Origin: Aquifex aeolicus VF5
GTDB taxonomy: Bacteria > Aquificota > Aquificia > Aquificales > Aquificaceae
Assembly: GCF_000008625.1 (NCBI RefSeq)
Contig: NC_000918.1
Coordinates: 120,001-152,000 of the forward strand
DNA: 32,000 bases
Direction of reading: 5' to 3'
Under the pieces are notes generated by a model, which was given only the letters and a program-made list of their open reading frames with translations, was not told the origin of the DNA and did no database searches. The position numbers were made by a program, and so were the translations under genes. This document shows, piece after piece, positions 24,275-32,000 of the stretch (within the stretch, counting starts at the first letter, position 1; each line of letters starts with the position of its first letter).

Positions 24275-25585
24275 ATGGGTGTAAATAGGAGAGACGTTTT
24301 TAAACTGGCGGGTTTGGGGGTAGCTCTGGGAGCACTTCAATTACCCTCTATTGCATGTGCTGCGAAAACGTCAAATAGCTTGCTCTCTCCTTCTAAGGGA
24401 AAGAGGATAGTAATCGTGGGAGGAGGATGGGCCGGTGTTACGGCGGCAAAATATATAAGGAAGGAAATCCCCGACGCGGAAGTGGTTCTCATAGAACAGA
24501 GAAAGATGTTTATGTCCTGTCCGATAAGTAACGTATGGCTGGGTGGGCTGGTAGACCTGGAATTCCTTATACACGACTTCTTAACACCCGCTGCAAAGTA
24601 CGGTTACACTTTCATTAACGCAACCGTAACGGATATAGACAGGGATAAAAGAAGGGTATACACGGAAGACGGATACGTTGAGTACGACTACCTCATACTC
24701 GCACCAGGAATAAGGTACAACTACGACGCATGGTTTAACGGAGATAAGGACATGGCAAGGTACGCTCAGACACACTACCCATCCGCTTTCATTCCCGGCT
24801 CTGAGCACTTGAGGCTGAAGAAGAAAGTGGAAAACTTCGAAGAAGGGACGTTTGTACTGGTTGTTCCTCCACCTCCACACAGATGTCCTCCCGCACCTTA
24901 CGAGAGGGCAGCTATGATAGCGCACGTTTTCAGGCAAAACGAAGCCAAGGCAAAATTGATAATCCTTGATCCAAAAGAAAAGATAGCTCCAAAGGGTCCC
25001 GGTTTCAGAATGGCTTACGAGCAGCTGTATCTTGACATAATAGAGTACGTTCCCAACGCAAAGATAAAGGAAGTTGACCCCGTTAAAAAGGTTATAAAGA
25101 CTACCGCAGGGGACTTTAAGTTTGACGACGCTAACCTGAACCCTCCCCATCAAGCGGCGGACATTGCCTGGAAAGCCGGACTCGTCAATCCAAAAACGGG
25201 CTGGTGTGATGTAGACCCTATAACGCTTCAGTCTAAGGTGGACAAGAGGATATTCATCCCCGGAGACGCAAACTCCGTAAAAGGTTTTCCAAAGAGCGGT
25301 GATATGGCGAACAACCAGACCAAGTTTATGCTCGTGAAAGCTATAAAGGCGATGATAGAAGGAAAGGATCCCCTTGAATACGTAAAGGCTCCTACAAACA
25401 CCTGTTACTCTATGGTAAACGGAGACCCGAAAGAAGCGATAGTCATTAACGTTGTTTACGACATAGACAAACAAAAGCGTATGCCCGTTAAGAAGAAGGT
25501 TAACGTAGAAAACGAGCGTTCTCAAAGACTCGCAAGGGCTACATTTGAATGGGCTAAAGCCATGTACAGGGATATGTTCTCGTGA
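24275..25585 (+). CDS. fccB: Flavocytochrome c sulfide dehydrogenase flavoprotein-like (FccB/SoxF-type) FAD oxidoreductase, TAT signal
   Basis: 436 aa. NRRDVFKLAGLGVALGA is a twin-arginine signal and IVIVGGGWAGVTAAKY is the FAD Rossmann motif. The FCSD redox-Cys contexts are MSCPISN, HRCPPAPYERA and NTCYSMVNG. Confidence 0.8.
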   Translation: MGVNRRDVFKLAGLGVALGALQLPSIACAAKTSNSLLSPSKGKRIVIVGGGWAGVTAAKYIRKEIPDAEVVLIEQRKMFMSCPISNVWLGGLVDLEFLIHDFLTPAAKYGYTFINATVTDIDRDKRRVYTEDGYVEYDYLILAPGIRYNYDAWFNGDKDMARYAQTHYPSAFIPGSEHLRLKKKVENFEEGTFVLVVPPPPHRCPPAPYERAAMIAHVFRQNEAKAKLIILDPKEKIAPKGPGFRMAYEQLYLDIIEYVPNAKIKEVDPVKKVIKTTAGDFKFDDANLNPPHQAADIAWKAGLVNPKTGWCDVDPITLQSKVDKRIFIPGDANSVKGFPKSGDMANNQTKFMLVKAIKAMIEGKDPLEYVKAPTNTCYSMVNGDPKEAIVINVVYDIDKQKRMPVKKKVNVENERSQRLARATFEWAKAMYRDMFS

Positions 25586-25594
25586 GGTAAGGAA

Positions 25595-26311
25595 ATGGAC
25601 AGAAGAACCTTCGTAAAAGCCTGCGGGTCAGTTGCCACACTTTCCCTTATCTCTTCCTCCTTTTTTACTCAAACCTTAAGAGCACAAACCAACGAGTTCA
25701 AAAAGTACAAAAAGGCTATTCTGCTGAACAAAGATGGAAATCCGATAAAGCCGGAGGAGATAGAAGTCGGAAAGCAGTACTTGTTTTTCTACCCTTACCG
25801 CTCAACGCCTGCCTTTTTGCTCAACCTCGGAAAGGAAGTAAAGCCTGTGGAAGTAAAGCTCTTAGACGGGAGTTCCTACCTCTGGCCCGGAGGCGTAGGT
25901 CCTCAAAAAAGCATTATCGCTTTCTGTGCTATATGTCCACATCAACTCAGTTATCCGACTCCCGATTATTCTTTCATTAATTACTATCCGCCCGACAAGC
26001 CCTCAAAAGCGGCAAAAAAAGGAAACGTCATTCAGTGCTGTGCCCACATGTCCATCTTTGACCCCGAAAAGGGAGGAGTTGTACTGGACGGTCCCGCGGA
26101 ATACCCCTTACTTACGATAGTCCTTTCATACGAGGATGGAAAACTTTACGCGGTCGGGACGCTCGGTGTGGAGAAGTTTTCAGATTTCTTTGATGCCTAC
26201 CGCTCTGAGCTTAAGAAAATGTACAAATCCTTCAGAAAGGCAAAGAAGAAGGTGGATAAATCTGTTGTTATGAGGGTGGAGGAGTACGTAAATGAAGTCA
26301 TTTACTGTTGA
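25595..26311 (+). CDS. TAT-exported Rieske-type [2Fe-2S] protein
   Basis: 238 aa. MDRRTFVKACGSVA is a twin-arginine signal. The Rieske ligand motifs are C114-P-H116 and C148-C-A-H151, with 31 residues between them, plus an extra Cys111. Confidence 0.7.
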   Translation: MDRRTFVKACGSVATLSLISSSFFTQTLRAQTNEFKKYKKAILLNKDGNPIKPEEIEVGKQYLFFYPYRSTPAFLLNLGKEVKPVEVKLLDGSSYLWPGGVGPQKSIIAFCAICPHQLSYPTPDYSFINYYPPDKPSKAAKKGNVIQCCAHMSIFDPEKGGVVLDGPAEYPLLTIVLSYEDGKLYAVGTLGVEKFSDFFDAYRSELKKMYKSFRKAKKKVDKSVVMRVEEYVNEVIYC

Positions 26312-27545
26312 CAGAAGGAATTTACTGCTTGCAGGTGGAATTGGACTTTTGGGTGTTTACGTTTCAAAGAGTCTTGTCTTTGGAGAGACTAAGGGAAACA
26401 GGGTTGTGGTTCTCGGGGGAGGGTACGGGGGTGTTACAACTGCAAAGTACGTAAAGAAACTTTACCCCGATGCGGAAGTTGTTCTGGTAGAAAAGAACCC
26501 AATGTTCGTGTCCTGTCCTCTGAGCAACCTCTACCTGGTTGGTTTAGTTCCTTACGAACAGCTCTGCTATCCATATAACAACCTAGTGACAAAGTACGGT
26601 GTGAACTTCGTAAACGACGAGGTTATAGGAATTGAGCTTGATAAGAGAGAAGTAATTCTCGGAAACGGAAGACTGAAGTACGACTACCTAGTGATTTCAC
26701 TCGGCATAGAGTACGATTACGAAGAAAATCCGGCGTTGAAGGAAGTTTACTGGAGTTATCCTCCCGCATTCAGACAGGGAAGCGAACACCTTTACCTGAA
26801 GAGGATGCTCGAAGGCTTTGAAGGGGAGAGTATATTAATCAGCGTCCCGAAGATGCCATACCGCTGTCCTTCCGCACCTTACGAGAGAGCCGCACTTATA
26901 CTCTCCTACGCCAAAAAGGAAGGACTTAAAGTTCACCTTTACTTCGTAGATGAGAACGAAAGACCTCCCGTACTTACAAAAGGATTTTTGAAAGCTTACC
27001 AAGACTTTTACAAAGACGACGCCACTTACCTTACCTCAACAAAAGTTCTGGAAGTTGACCCCGTCAAAAAAGTGGCAAGAACCACGAAAGGCGACATAAA
27101 GTTCAGTATGGCAAACTTCATACCCCCCATGAGGGCTCCAAAGCTTCTGGAAAAGGCAGGACTTTTGAAGAAAGGGGAAAAGTGGGTAAAAGTGGATCCC
27201 ATGACTTTTGAAACCTCAGTAAAAAACGTTTTCGTTATAGGGGACAGTGCCTTTACCTATCTGCCAAAGAGCGGTTACGCTGCTCACTCACAGGGTAAAG
27301 TAGTCGCAAAGGTTATAGCTTCAAGACTCAGGAAAAAGCCCTGGGAGGGAGAGCTTATACAGCAAGCGGTTTGCTACGCCATGGTAAACCTCAAGCAGGC
27401 GATAATGATGAACGTGGAGTACAAGTACAACCTAAAGACAAAAGAGATAAAGAAGGAGATTTACGAGGACGATACCTGGAAGGTTTCAACAGCAAAGAGG
27501 TATATAGAGTGGGCGAGGGGACTGTGGAGGGACATGTTTACGTGA
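26292..27545 (+). CDS. fccB: Second FccB/SoxF-type sulfide dehydrogenase flavoprotein paralog, TAT-like signal
   Basis: 417 aa with DRRNLLLAGGIGLLG and VVVLGGGYGGVTTAKY. The same Cys contexts recur: VSCPLSN, YRCPSAPYERA and AVCYAMVN. SD GGTGGAGGAG lies upstream. It overlaps the Rieske gene by 20 nt. Confidence 0.8.
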   Translation: MKSFTVDRRNLLLAGGIGLLGVYVSKSLVFGETKGNRVVVLGGGYGGVTTAKYVKKLYPDAEVVLVEKNPMFVSCPLSNLYLVGLVPYEQLCYPYNNLVTKYGVNFVNDEVIGIELDKREVILGNGRLKYDYLVISLGIEYDYEENPALKEVYWSYPPAFRQGSEHLYLKRMLEGFEGESILISVPKMPYRCPSAPYERAALILSYAKKEGLKVHLYFVDENERPPVLTKGFLKAYQDFYKDDATYLTSTKVLEVDPVKKVARTTKGDIKFSMANFIPPMRAPKLLEKAGLLKKGEKWVKVDPMTFETSVKNVFVIGDSAFTYLPKSGYAAHSQGKVVAKVIASRLRKKPWEGELIQQAVCYAMVNLKQAIMMNVEYKYNLKTKEIKKEIYEDDTWKVSTAKRYIEWARGLWRDMFT

Positions 27546-29078
27546 TTACTCCCACTCTATGGTAGAAGGGGGTTTTGAGGATATGTCGTAAACAACCCTG
27601 TTCACCCCTTCCACTTCGTTTATTATCCTTCTCATAACCCTGTCCAGGAAGTCGTAGGGAAGTCTCGCCCAATCCGCTGTCATACCGTCCACACTCTCAA
27701 CAGCCCTGAGGGCTACGACTTTCTCGTAAGTTCTAACATCTCCCATAACACCCACGGATTTCACGGGAAGTAGAACAGCGAAAGCCTGCCAGACTCTGTC
27801 GTAAAGCCCTTCCTTTTTTAGTTCCTGTATGAATATGTAATCCGCCTTCCTCAGGATTTCTAAGTCCTTTTTATTCACCTCACCGATAATCCTTATGGCG
27901 AGTCCGGGACCTGGGAAGGGATGTCTCCTGAGGATTTCCTCGGGAACGCCGAGAAGTTTCCCGATTTTTCTCACCTCGTCTTTAAAGAGTTCCCTGAAAG
28001 GTTCAAGTAGTTTTAAGTTCATTCGCTCGGGAAGCCCGCCCACGTTGTGGTGAGTCTTTATCTTAGCACTTCCCTTTATTCCGGCACTTTCCACAACGTC
28101 AGGGTAAAGGGTTCCCTGAAGTAAGAACTCCGCACCCTCTATCTTTTTAGCCTCCCTCTCAAAGACTTCTATAAAGGTTCTCCCTATTATCTTTCTCTTT
28201 TCTTCTGGATCCTCAACGCCTTTTAATTTTTCGAGGAACTCTTCCGAGGCGTCCACGACCGTGAGAGGAAGGCCCAAGGACCTTAAGTTCTTCTCAACTT
28301 CTTCCCTCTCTTTGTACCTCAAGAGTCCGTGGTCTATAAAGAAGCAGTGAAGTTTATCTCCTATAGCCCTGTGGGTTAAAACCGCGGCTACCGTAGAATC
28401 CACCCCCCCTGAGAGCGCGGCTATCACCTTAGCGTCTCCCACGGTCTTCCTTATCTCCTCTATTTTCTCATGGATGAAGTCACCCATTTCCCAGTTCTTT
28501 TCCGCCTTGCATACGCCGTATATAAAGTTTGCGAGCATCTCCTTTCCGAAGACTGTGTGCGTGACCTCAGGGTGGAATTGAAAGCCGTAAATTTTCTTCT
28601 CCCTGTTTGCTATAACCGCGTAGGGGGAGTTTTCGGATACCGCCAGAACCTCAAAGCCCTCTGGAAGCTCTACAACCTTGTCCGCGTGGGACATCCACAC
28701 ATCACTCTCCTTCGGTATACCCTCAAATATCACATCTTCCTTAATAATCCTGAGTCTCGCCCTTCCGTACTCCTGCTTTTCAGAGCGAACTACTTTACCG
28801 CCAAGCTGGTGTGTAATCACTTGAAGCCCGTAACAAATCCCAAGTATGGGAACACCGAGCTCGTAAATCCTTTTGTCGGGTAGGGGAGCACCCTCGGCGT
28901 AAACGGATGCGGGACCTCCCGAGAATATAATCCCGTAGGGATTTTTCTTCTTAATTTCTTCCACAGGGGTGTCCCAGTGGACAATTTCACTGTAAACACC
29001 AAGCTCCCTTACCCTTCTTGCGATGAGCTGAACGTATTGAGAACCGAAATTAACGACGAGTATAGGTCTTCTCTGCAT
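27546..29078 (-). CDS. guaA: GMP synthase (glutamine-hydrolysing)
   Basis: 510 aa. The GATase domain has GICYGLQ and FHPE. The ATP-PPase P-loop is SGGVDSTV. The canonical C-terminus is KPPSTIEWE. Its stop codon directly abuts the stop of the convergent fccB paralog. Confidence 0.95.
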   Translation of the reverse strand: MQRRPILVVNFGSQYVQLIARRVRELGVYSEIVHWDTPVEEIKKKNPYGIIFSGGPASVYAEGAPLPDKRIYELGVPILGICYGLQVITHQLGGKVVRSEKQEYGRARLRIIKEDVIFEGIPKESDVWMSHADKVVELPEGFEVLAVSENSPYAVIANREKKIYGFQFHPEVTHTVFGKEMLANFIYGVCKAEKNWEMGDFIHEKIEEIRKTVGDAKVIAALSGGVDSTVAAVLTHRAIGDKLHCFFIDHGLLRYKEREEVEKNLRSLGLPLTVVDASEEFLEKLKGVEDPEEKRKIIGRTFIEVFEREAKKIEGAEFLLQGTLYPDVVESAGIKGSAKIKTHHNVGGLPERMNLKLLEPFRELFKDEVRKIGKLLGVPEEILRRHPFPGPGLAIRIIGEVNKKDLEILRKADYIFIQELKKEGLYDRVWQAFAVLLPVKSVGVMGDVRTYEKVVALRAVESVDGMTADWARLPYDFLDRVMRRIINEVEGVNRVVYDISSKPPSTIEWE

Positions 29079-29123
29079 AAGGATAAATAATATATAGATG
29101 GATGAATAAAGGGAGGTGAAACC

Positions 29124-29639
29124 ATGAAAAAGTTAAGTGGTGTTTTAGCGGGAAGCCTTTTACTCATTTCCGCTTCCTTTTCTCAGGACCTGAAAGCTCA
29201 CGCGGAGCTTATAAATACAGAGGGAGAGGTCATAGGAAAGGCTGAGCTCATAGAAACTAACTCCGGAGTTCTTATAAAGCTAAATGCAAAAGGTCTACCA
29301 CCTAATGCGGAGCTTGCTTTCCACATACATGAAAGGGGAGAGTGCAAACCGCCGACTTTCAAAAGTGCGAAGGGACACTTTAACCCTTATGGAAAGAAAC
29401 ACGGCCTTTTAAACCCTGAAGGTCCCCACGCTGGAGACATGCCCAATATTTACACCGATGACAAGGGAAACGTAAGGGTTCAGGTTTTAAATCCCTTCGT
29501 AACATTGAAGAAAGGGGAGAAAAACAGTTTATTTAAAGAGGGAGGAACGGCACTCGTAATTCACAGCGGACCCGATGATTATAAATCGGATCCTGCGGGG
29601 AACGCGGGTAAAAGAATAGCCTGCGGGGTGATAAGGTAA
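29124..29639 (+). CDS. sodC: Periplasmic Cu/Zn superoxide dismutase with signal peptide
   Basis: 171 aa with a hydrophobic leader [20 protein letters not shown]. Metal-ligand contexts are [14 protein letters not shown] and HAGDMPN, followed by [11 protein letters not shown] and RIACGVI. Confidence 0.9.
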   Translation: MKKLSGVLAGSLLLISASFSQDLKAHAELINTEGEVIGKAELIETNSGVLIKLNAKGLPPNAELAFHIHERGECKPPTFKSAKGHFNPYGKKHGLLNPEGPHAGDMPNIYTDDKGNVRVQVLNPFVTLKKGEKNSLFKEGGTALVIHSGPDDYKSDPAGNAGKRIACGVIR

Positions 29640-29719
29640 TTTCCTTTCCTCTTTATCTTTTAAACTTTTGTATGACCCAAATTCTCAAACTTCTTTTCCC
29701 GAAAATTTAAAATTTTCCT

Positions 29720-30274
29720 ATGGCTATCGATAAGGAAAAGATCAAGCAGGCTGTAAGACTGTTTTTGGAAGGAATAGGAGAAGATCCCGACAGGGAAGGA
29801 CTGAAAGAGACCCCCGAACGCGTTGCGAGAATGTGGGAAGAGTTTGAGAGGATGAGAAACTTTGACATGAAGTTATTTGAGGAGTTCGGGGGATACAACG
29901 AAATGGTTCTCGTAAAAGACATAAAGTTTTACAGTCTATGTGAGCACCATCTTTTACCTTTCTTCGGTAAAGTTCACATAGCGTACATTCCCGATAAAAA
30001 AATCTCCGGACTTTCCAAACTCGTGAGAACGGTGAGAGCTTTTGCCCTGAGACCGCAGGTTCAAGAGAGGCTAACCGAAGAGATAGCGGACTTTCTGGAA
30101 AAGGAACTAGAACCCAAAGGTGTGGGAGTAGTTATAGAGGCAGAACACCTCTGTATGTCCATGAGAGGGGTTATGTCTCCCGGACACCTCACGGTCACCT
30201 CAGCCCTGAGGGGTGTGTTTTTAAAGGACATAAAAACGAGGGAAGAGTTTTTAAAGCTCGTTAAAGGCGTTTAA
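29720..30274 (+). CDS. folE: GTP cyclohydrolase I
   Basis: 184 aa with [40 protein letters not shown] and LQVQERLT-like [13 protein letters not shown]. Confidence 0.92.
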   Translation: MAIDKEKIKQAVRLFLEGIGEDPDREGLKETPERVARMWEEFERMRNFDMKLFEEFGGYNEMVLVKDIKFYSLCEHHLLPFFGKVHIAYIPDKKISGLSKLVRTVRAFALRPQVQERLTEEIADFLEKELEPKGVGVVIEAEHLCMSMRGVMSPGHLTVTSALRGVFLKDIKTREEFLKLVKGV

Positions 30275-31173
30275 GGTATTGGAACCCTGCTTATGACTTC
30301 CTTTAAGACCGCTTCCGCCTTCACTCCTTCCCTTACCTTTATCCTGTGGGGAATTACGTACTTAAGTAAGTCCAGAACGTCTTCCGGGACGACAAAGTCC
30401 CTTTCCCTGAAGTAAGCCAGAGCCCTTGAGGCGTTCGCAAGGTGTATAAGACCCCTCGTGGAAACACCCAGAATAACCGAAGGGTGATTCCTGACCTCGT
30501 TTCCTATGTTTACAATAAACCTTGCGACTTCCGGGGAAACGTATATTTCCTTTACTTCGTTTACAGTCCTTATAACTTCTTCGGGGGAACTTAAAACATT
30601 TAGAGAACTTACCTTTTCCATGGGGTTTATCCCCTGAACTATCTGAACTTCGTCCTCTTCCGAAGGGTATCCCATACTGATTTTCATAGTAAACCTGTCG
30701 AGCTGAGCTTCGGGAAGGGGGTAAGTACCGTAATACTCAATCGGGTTCTGAGTAGCTATGACGAAGAAGGGTTCGGGGAGTTTGTAAGTATTTCCGTCCA
30801 CGCTCACCTGTTTTTCCGCCATAGCCTCAAGGAGGGCACTCTGAACCTTCGGCGTTCCCCTGTTTATCTCATCAGCCAGAACTACGTTACTGAAAATAGG
30901 CCCCTTTTTGAACTCGAATTCCCTTGTTTTCTGATTGAACACGCTGACTCCGGTTATGTCCGAGGGAAGGAGATCACTCGTGAACTGTATCCTGCTGAAC
31001 GAAAGTCCAAGAACCCTTGCCAGAGCCAGAGCTAATGTTGTCTTACCCGTTCCGGGAACGTCCTCTATAAGGAGGTGTCCGCCCGATAGGAGACAGACGA
31101 GAGAGTTTTTTATAACTTCTTCCTTCCCCTTTATTACTTTCGAGACCTCAGAAATTATGAGGTTTATGTCCAT
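30271..31173 (-). CDS. moxR: MoxR-family AAA+ ATPase
   Basis: 300 aa with Walker [18 protein letters not shown] and Walker [32 protein letters not shown] is the MoxR signature. Confidence 0.88.
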   Translation of the reverse strand: MDINLIISEVSKVIKGKEEVIKNSLVCLLSGGHLLIEDVPGTGKTTLALALARVLGLSFSRIQFTSDLLPSDITGVSVFNQKTREFEFKKGPIFSNVVLADEINRGTPKVQSALLEAMAEKQVSVDGNTYKLPEPFFVIATQNPIEYYGTYPLPEAQLDRFTMKISMGYPSEEDEVQIVQGINPMEKVSSLNVLSSPEEVIRTVNEVKEIYVSPEVARFIVNIGNEVRNHPSVILGVSTRGLIHLANASRALAYFRERDFVVPEDVLDLLKYVIPHRIKVREGVKAEAVLKEVISRVPIP

Positions 31174-31182
31174 TGGTATAAT
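31174..31182 (+). promoter_or_regulatory. Extended -10 promoter (TGGTATAAT) for lon
   Basis: TGnTATAAT lies 24 nt upstream of the GTG at 31206, and the SD GGAGGAG (31194-31200) sits between them. It is located in the 32-nt moxR/lon divergent gap. Confidence 0.5.
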
Positions 31183-31205
31183 TTTAAAAACAAGGAGGAG
31201 AAAAG

Positions 31206-32000
31206 GTGAACGAACTATTTCAAACCCCTCAGGTAGAAGCGGGAATTAAAGAATACCCCTTAATGCCTTTAAGGGACATAGTTATCTTCCCCACAATGGT
31301 TCAGCCTCTCTTTGTAGGAAGGCGTTTCTCAATAAGAGCTATTGAGGAGGCGAACAAAAAGGACAAACTTATATTCTTAGTTCTTCAAAAGGACAAAGAT
31401 GTAGAAGAACCTAAGGAAGAGGACATATACAAAGTCGGTGTGGTTGCCTACATATTAAGAACAGTTCCCATAGAGGACGCAAGAGTAAAGGTTCTCGTTC
31501 AGGGATTAAAGAGAGGGGTTATAAAGAAGCTCGAGTGGAAAGAAGACCACTACGTAGCCCAGGTAGACGTTATAGAGGAAAGGGACATCCCGCCCGAAAG
31601 CCAAACGATAGAGGACAAAGCCCTCATAAAGGCCGTAAAGGAATCCATAGACAAACTCGTCAGCCTTGGAAAACAGATAATTCCCGACCTCGTAGTTCTC
31701 ATAAAGGAACTCGAAGAACCCGGAAAGCTCGCGGATATGGTAGCCTCCATCCTTGATATAAAATCCTCACAGGCTCAGGAGATACTGGAAACTTTCGACC
31801 CCAGAGAAAGACTTAAGAAGGTTTACAAATTCCTACAGGACGAAATAGGACTCCTAGAAGTAAAACAAAGGATAAGCGAGATAGCAAGGGAGAGAATGGA
31901 AAAGGAACAGAGGGAGTACTACCTCAGACAGCAACTCAAAGCCATACAGGAGGAACTCGGAGAAGCAGGCGGAATAAAGGCTGAAATAGAGGAGTACACA
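31206..32000 (+). CDS. lon: ATP-dependent Lon protease, N-terminal 265 codons (continues past the window end)
   Basis: GTG start 5 nt after GGAGGAG, and the frame is open to base 32000. YPLMPLRDIVIFPTMVQPLFVGRRFSIRAIEEA marks the Lon N-domain, followed by YYLRQQLKAIQEELGE. It is missing from the ORF track because it has no stop codon in the window. Confidence 0.9.
   Translation, partial: MNELFQTPQVEAGIKEYPLMPLRDIVIFPTMVQPLFVGRRFSIRAIEEANKKDKLIFLVLQKDKDVEEPKEEDIYKVGVVAYILRTVPIEDARVKVLVQGLKRGVIKKLEWKEDHYVAQVDVIEERDIPPESQTIEDKALIKAVKESIDKLVSLGKQIIPDLVVLIKELEEPGKLADMVASILDIKSSQAQEILETFDPRERLKKVYKFLQDEIGLLEVKQRISEIARERMEKEQREYYLRQQLKAIQEELGEAGGIKAEIEEYT

Noticed and set aside
24581-25525. 314-aa ORF on the minus strand inside the first fccB gene
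   Set aside because: It is entirely antisense to a well-supported flavoprotein gene. Its composition (rich in V, Y, R, C, F; no K/E bias) is unlike the real proteins here, and it has no SD. Long antisense ORFs are expected opposite purine-rich coding strands.

Overview
This is a gene-dense (about 95% coding), purine-rich, K/E/R-rich bacterial chromosome segment with many 4-nt ATGA start/stop overlaps. From memory, the gene order and several proteins (single-domain thermoglobin, cyanase, NifA-like activator, fccB-Rieske-fccB, sodC, lon) look like Aquifex aeolicus or a close Aquificales relative; I cannot verify that here. Order of content: (1) a tightly coupled four-gene operon, 228-3844: bacterial eRF1/Pelota-like protein, NYN/LabA RNase, RdgB ITPase, and an orphan F1-ATPase gamma-like protein, whose 3' end overlaps a convergent single-domain KaiC/RadA-like ATPase. 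(2) A nitrate/nitrite assimilation island in two operons, nirB-cobA-trpD-like and globin-cynS-tandem PII-nitrate porter-narB. Each operon has a near-perfect sigma-54 promoter (TTGGCACG-N4-TTGCAA), and a convergent GAF-domain NifA-like activator sits at the end. (3) rpsO-pnp-dut; the PNPase carries a duplicated C-terminal S1 domain. (4) A TAT-exported two-subunit molybdenum hydroxylase whose [2Fe-2S] subunit has an in-frame TGA flanked by intact cluster motifs. (5) An NtrC-type response regulator and a soluble Cys-rich PAS histidine kinase, beside a third sigma-54 promoter with tandem GTG-N10-CAC sites; that promoter drives an FCSD flavoprotein-Rieske-FCSD flavoprotein operon. (6) Housekeeping genes guaA, sodC, folE, moxR and the 5' end of lon. 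I found no tRNA, rRNA, CRISPR array, IS element or convincing intrinsic terminator. The best candidate for an undescribed system is the eRF1-like + NYN nuclease pair and its operon partners. Next in priority are the recoded or disrupted Mo-hydroxylase small subunit, the FCSD-Rieske-FCSD operon with its Cys-rich sensor kinase, and the tandem PII fusion coupled to the nitrate porter.
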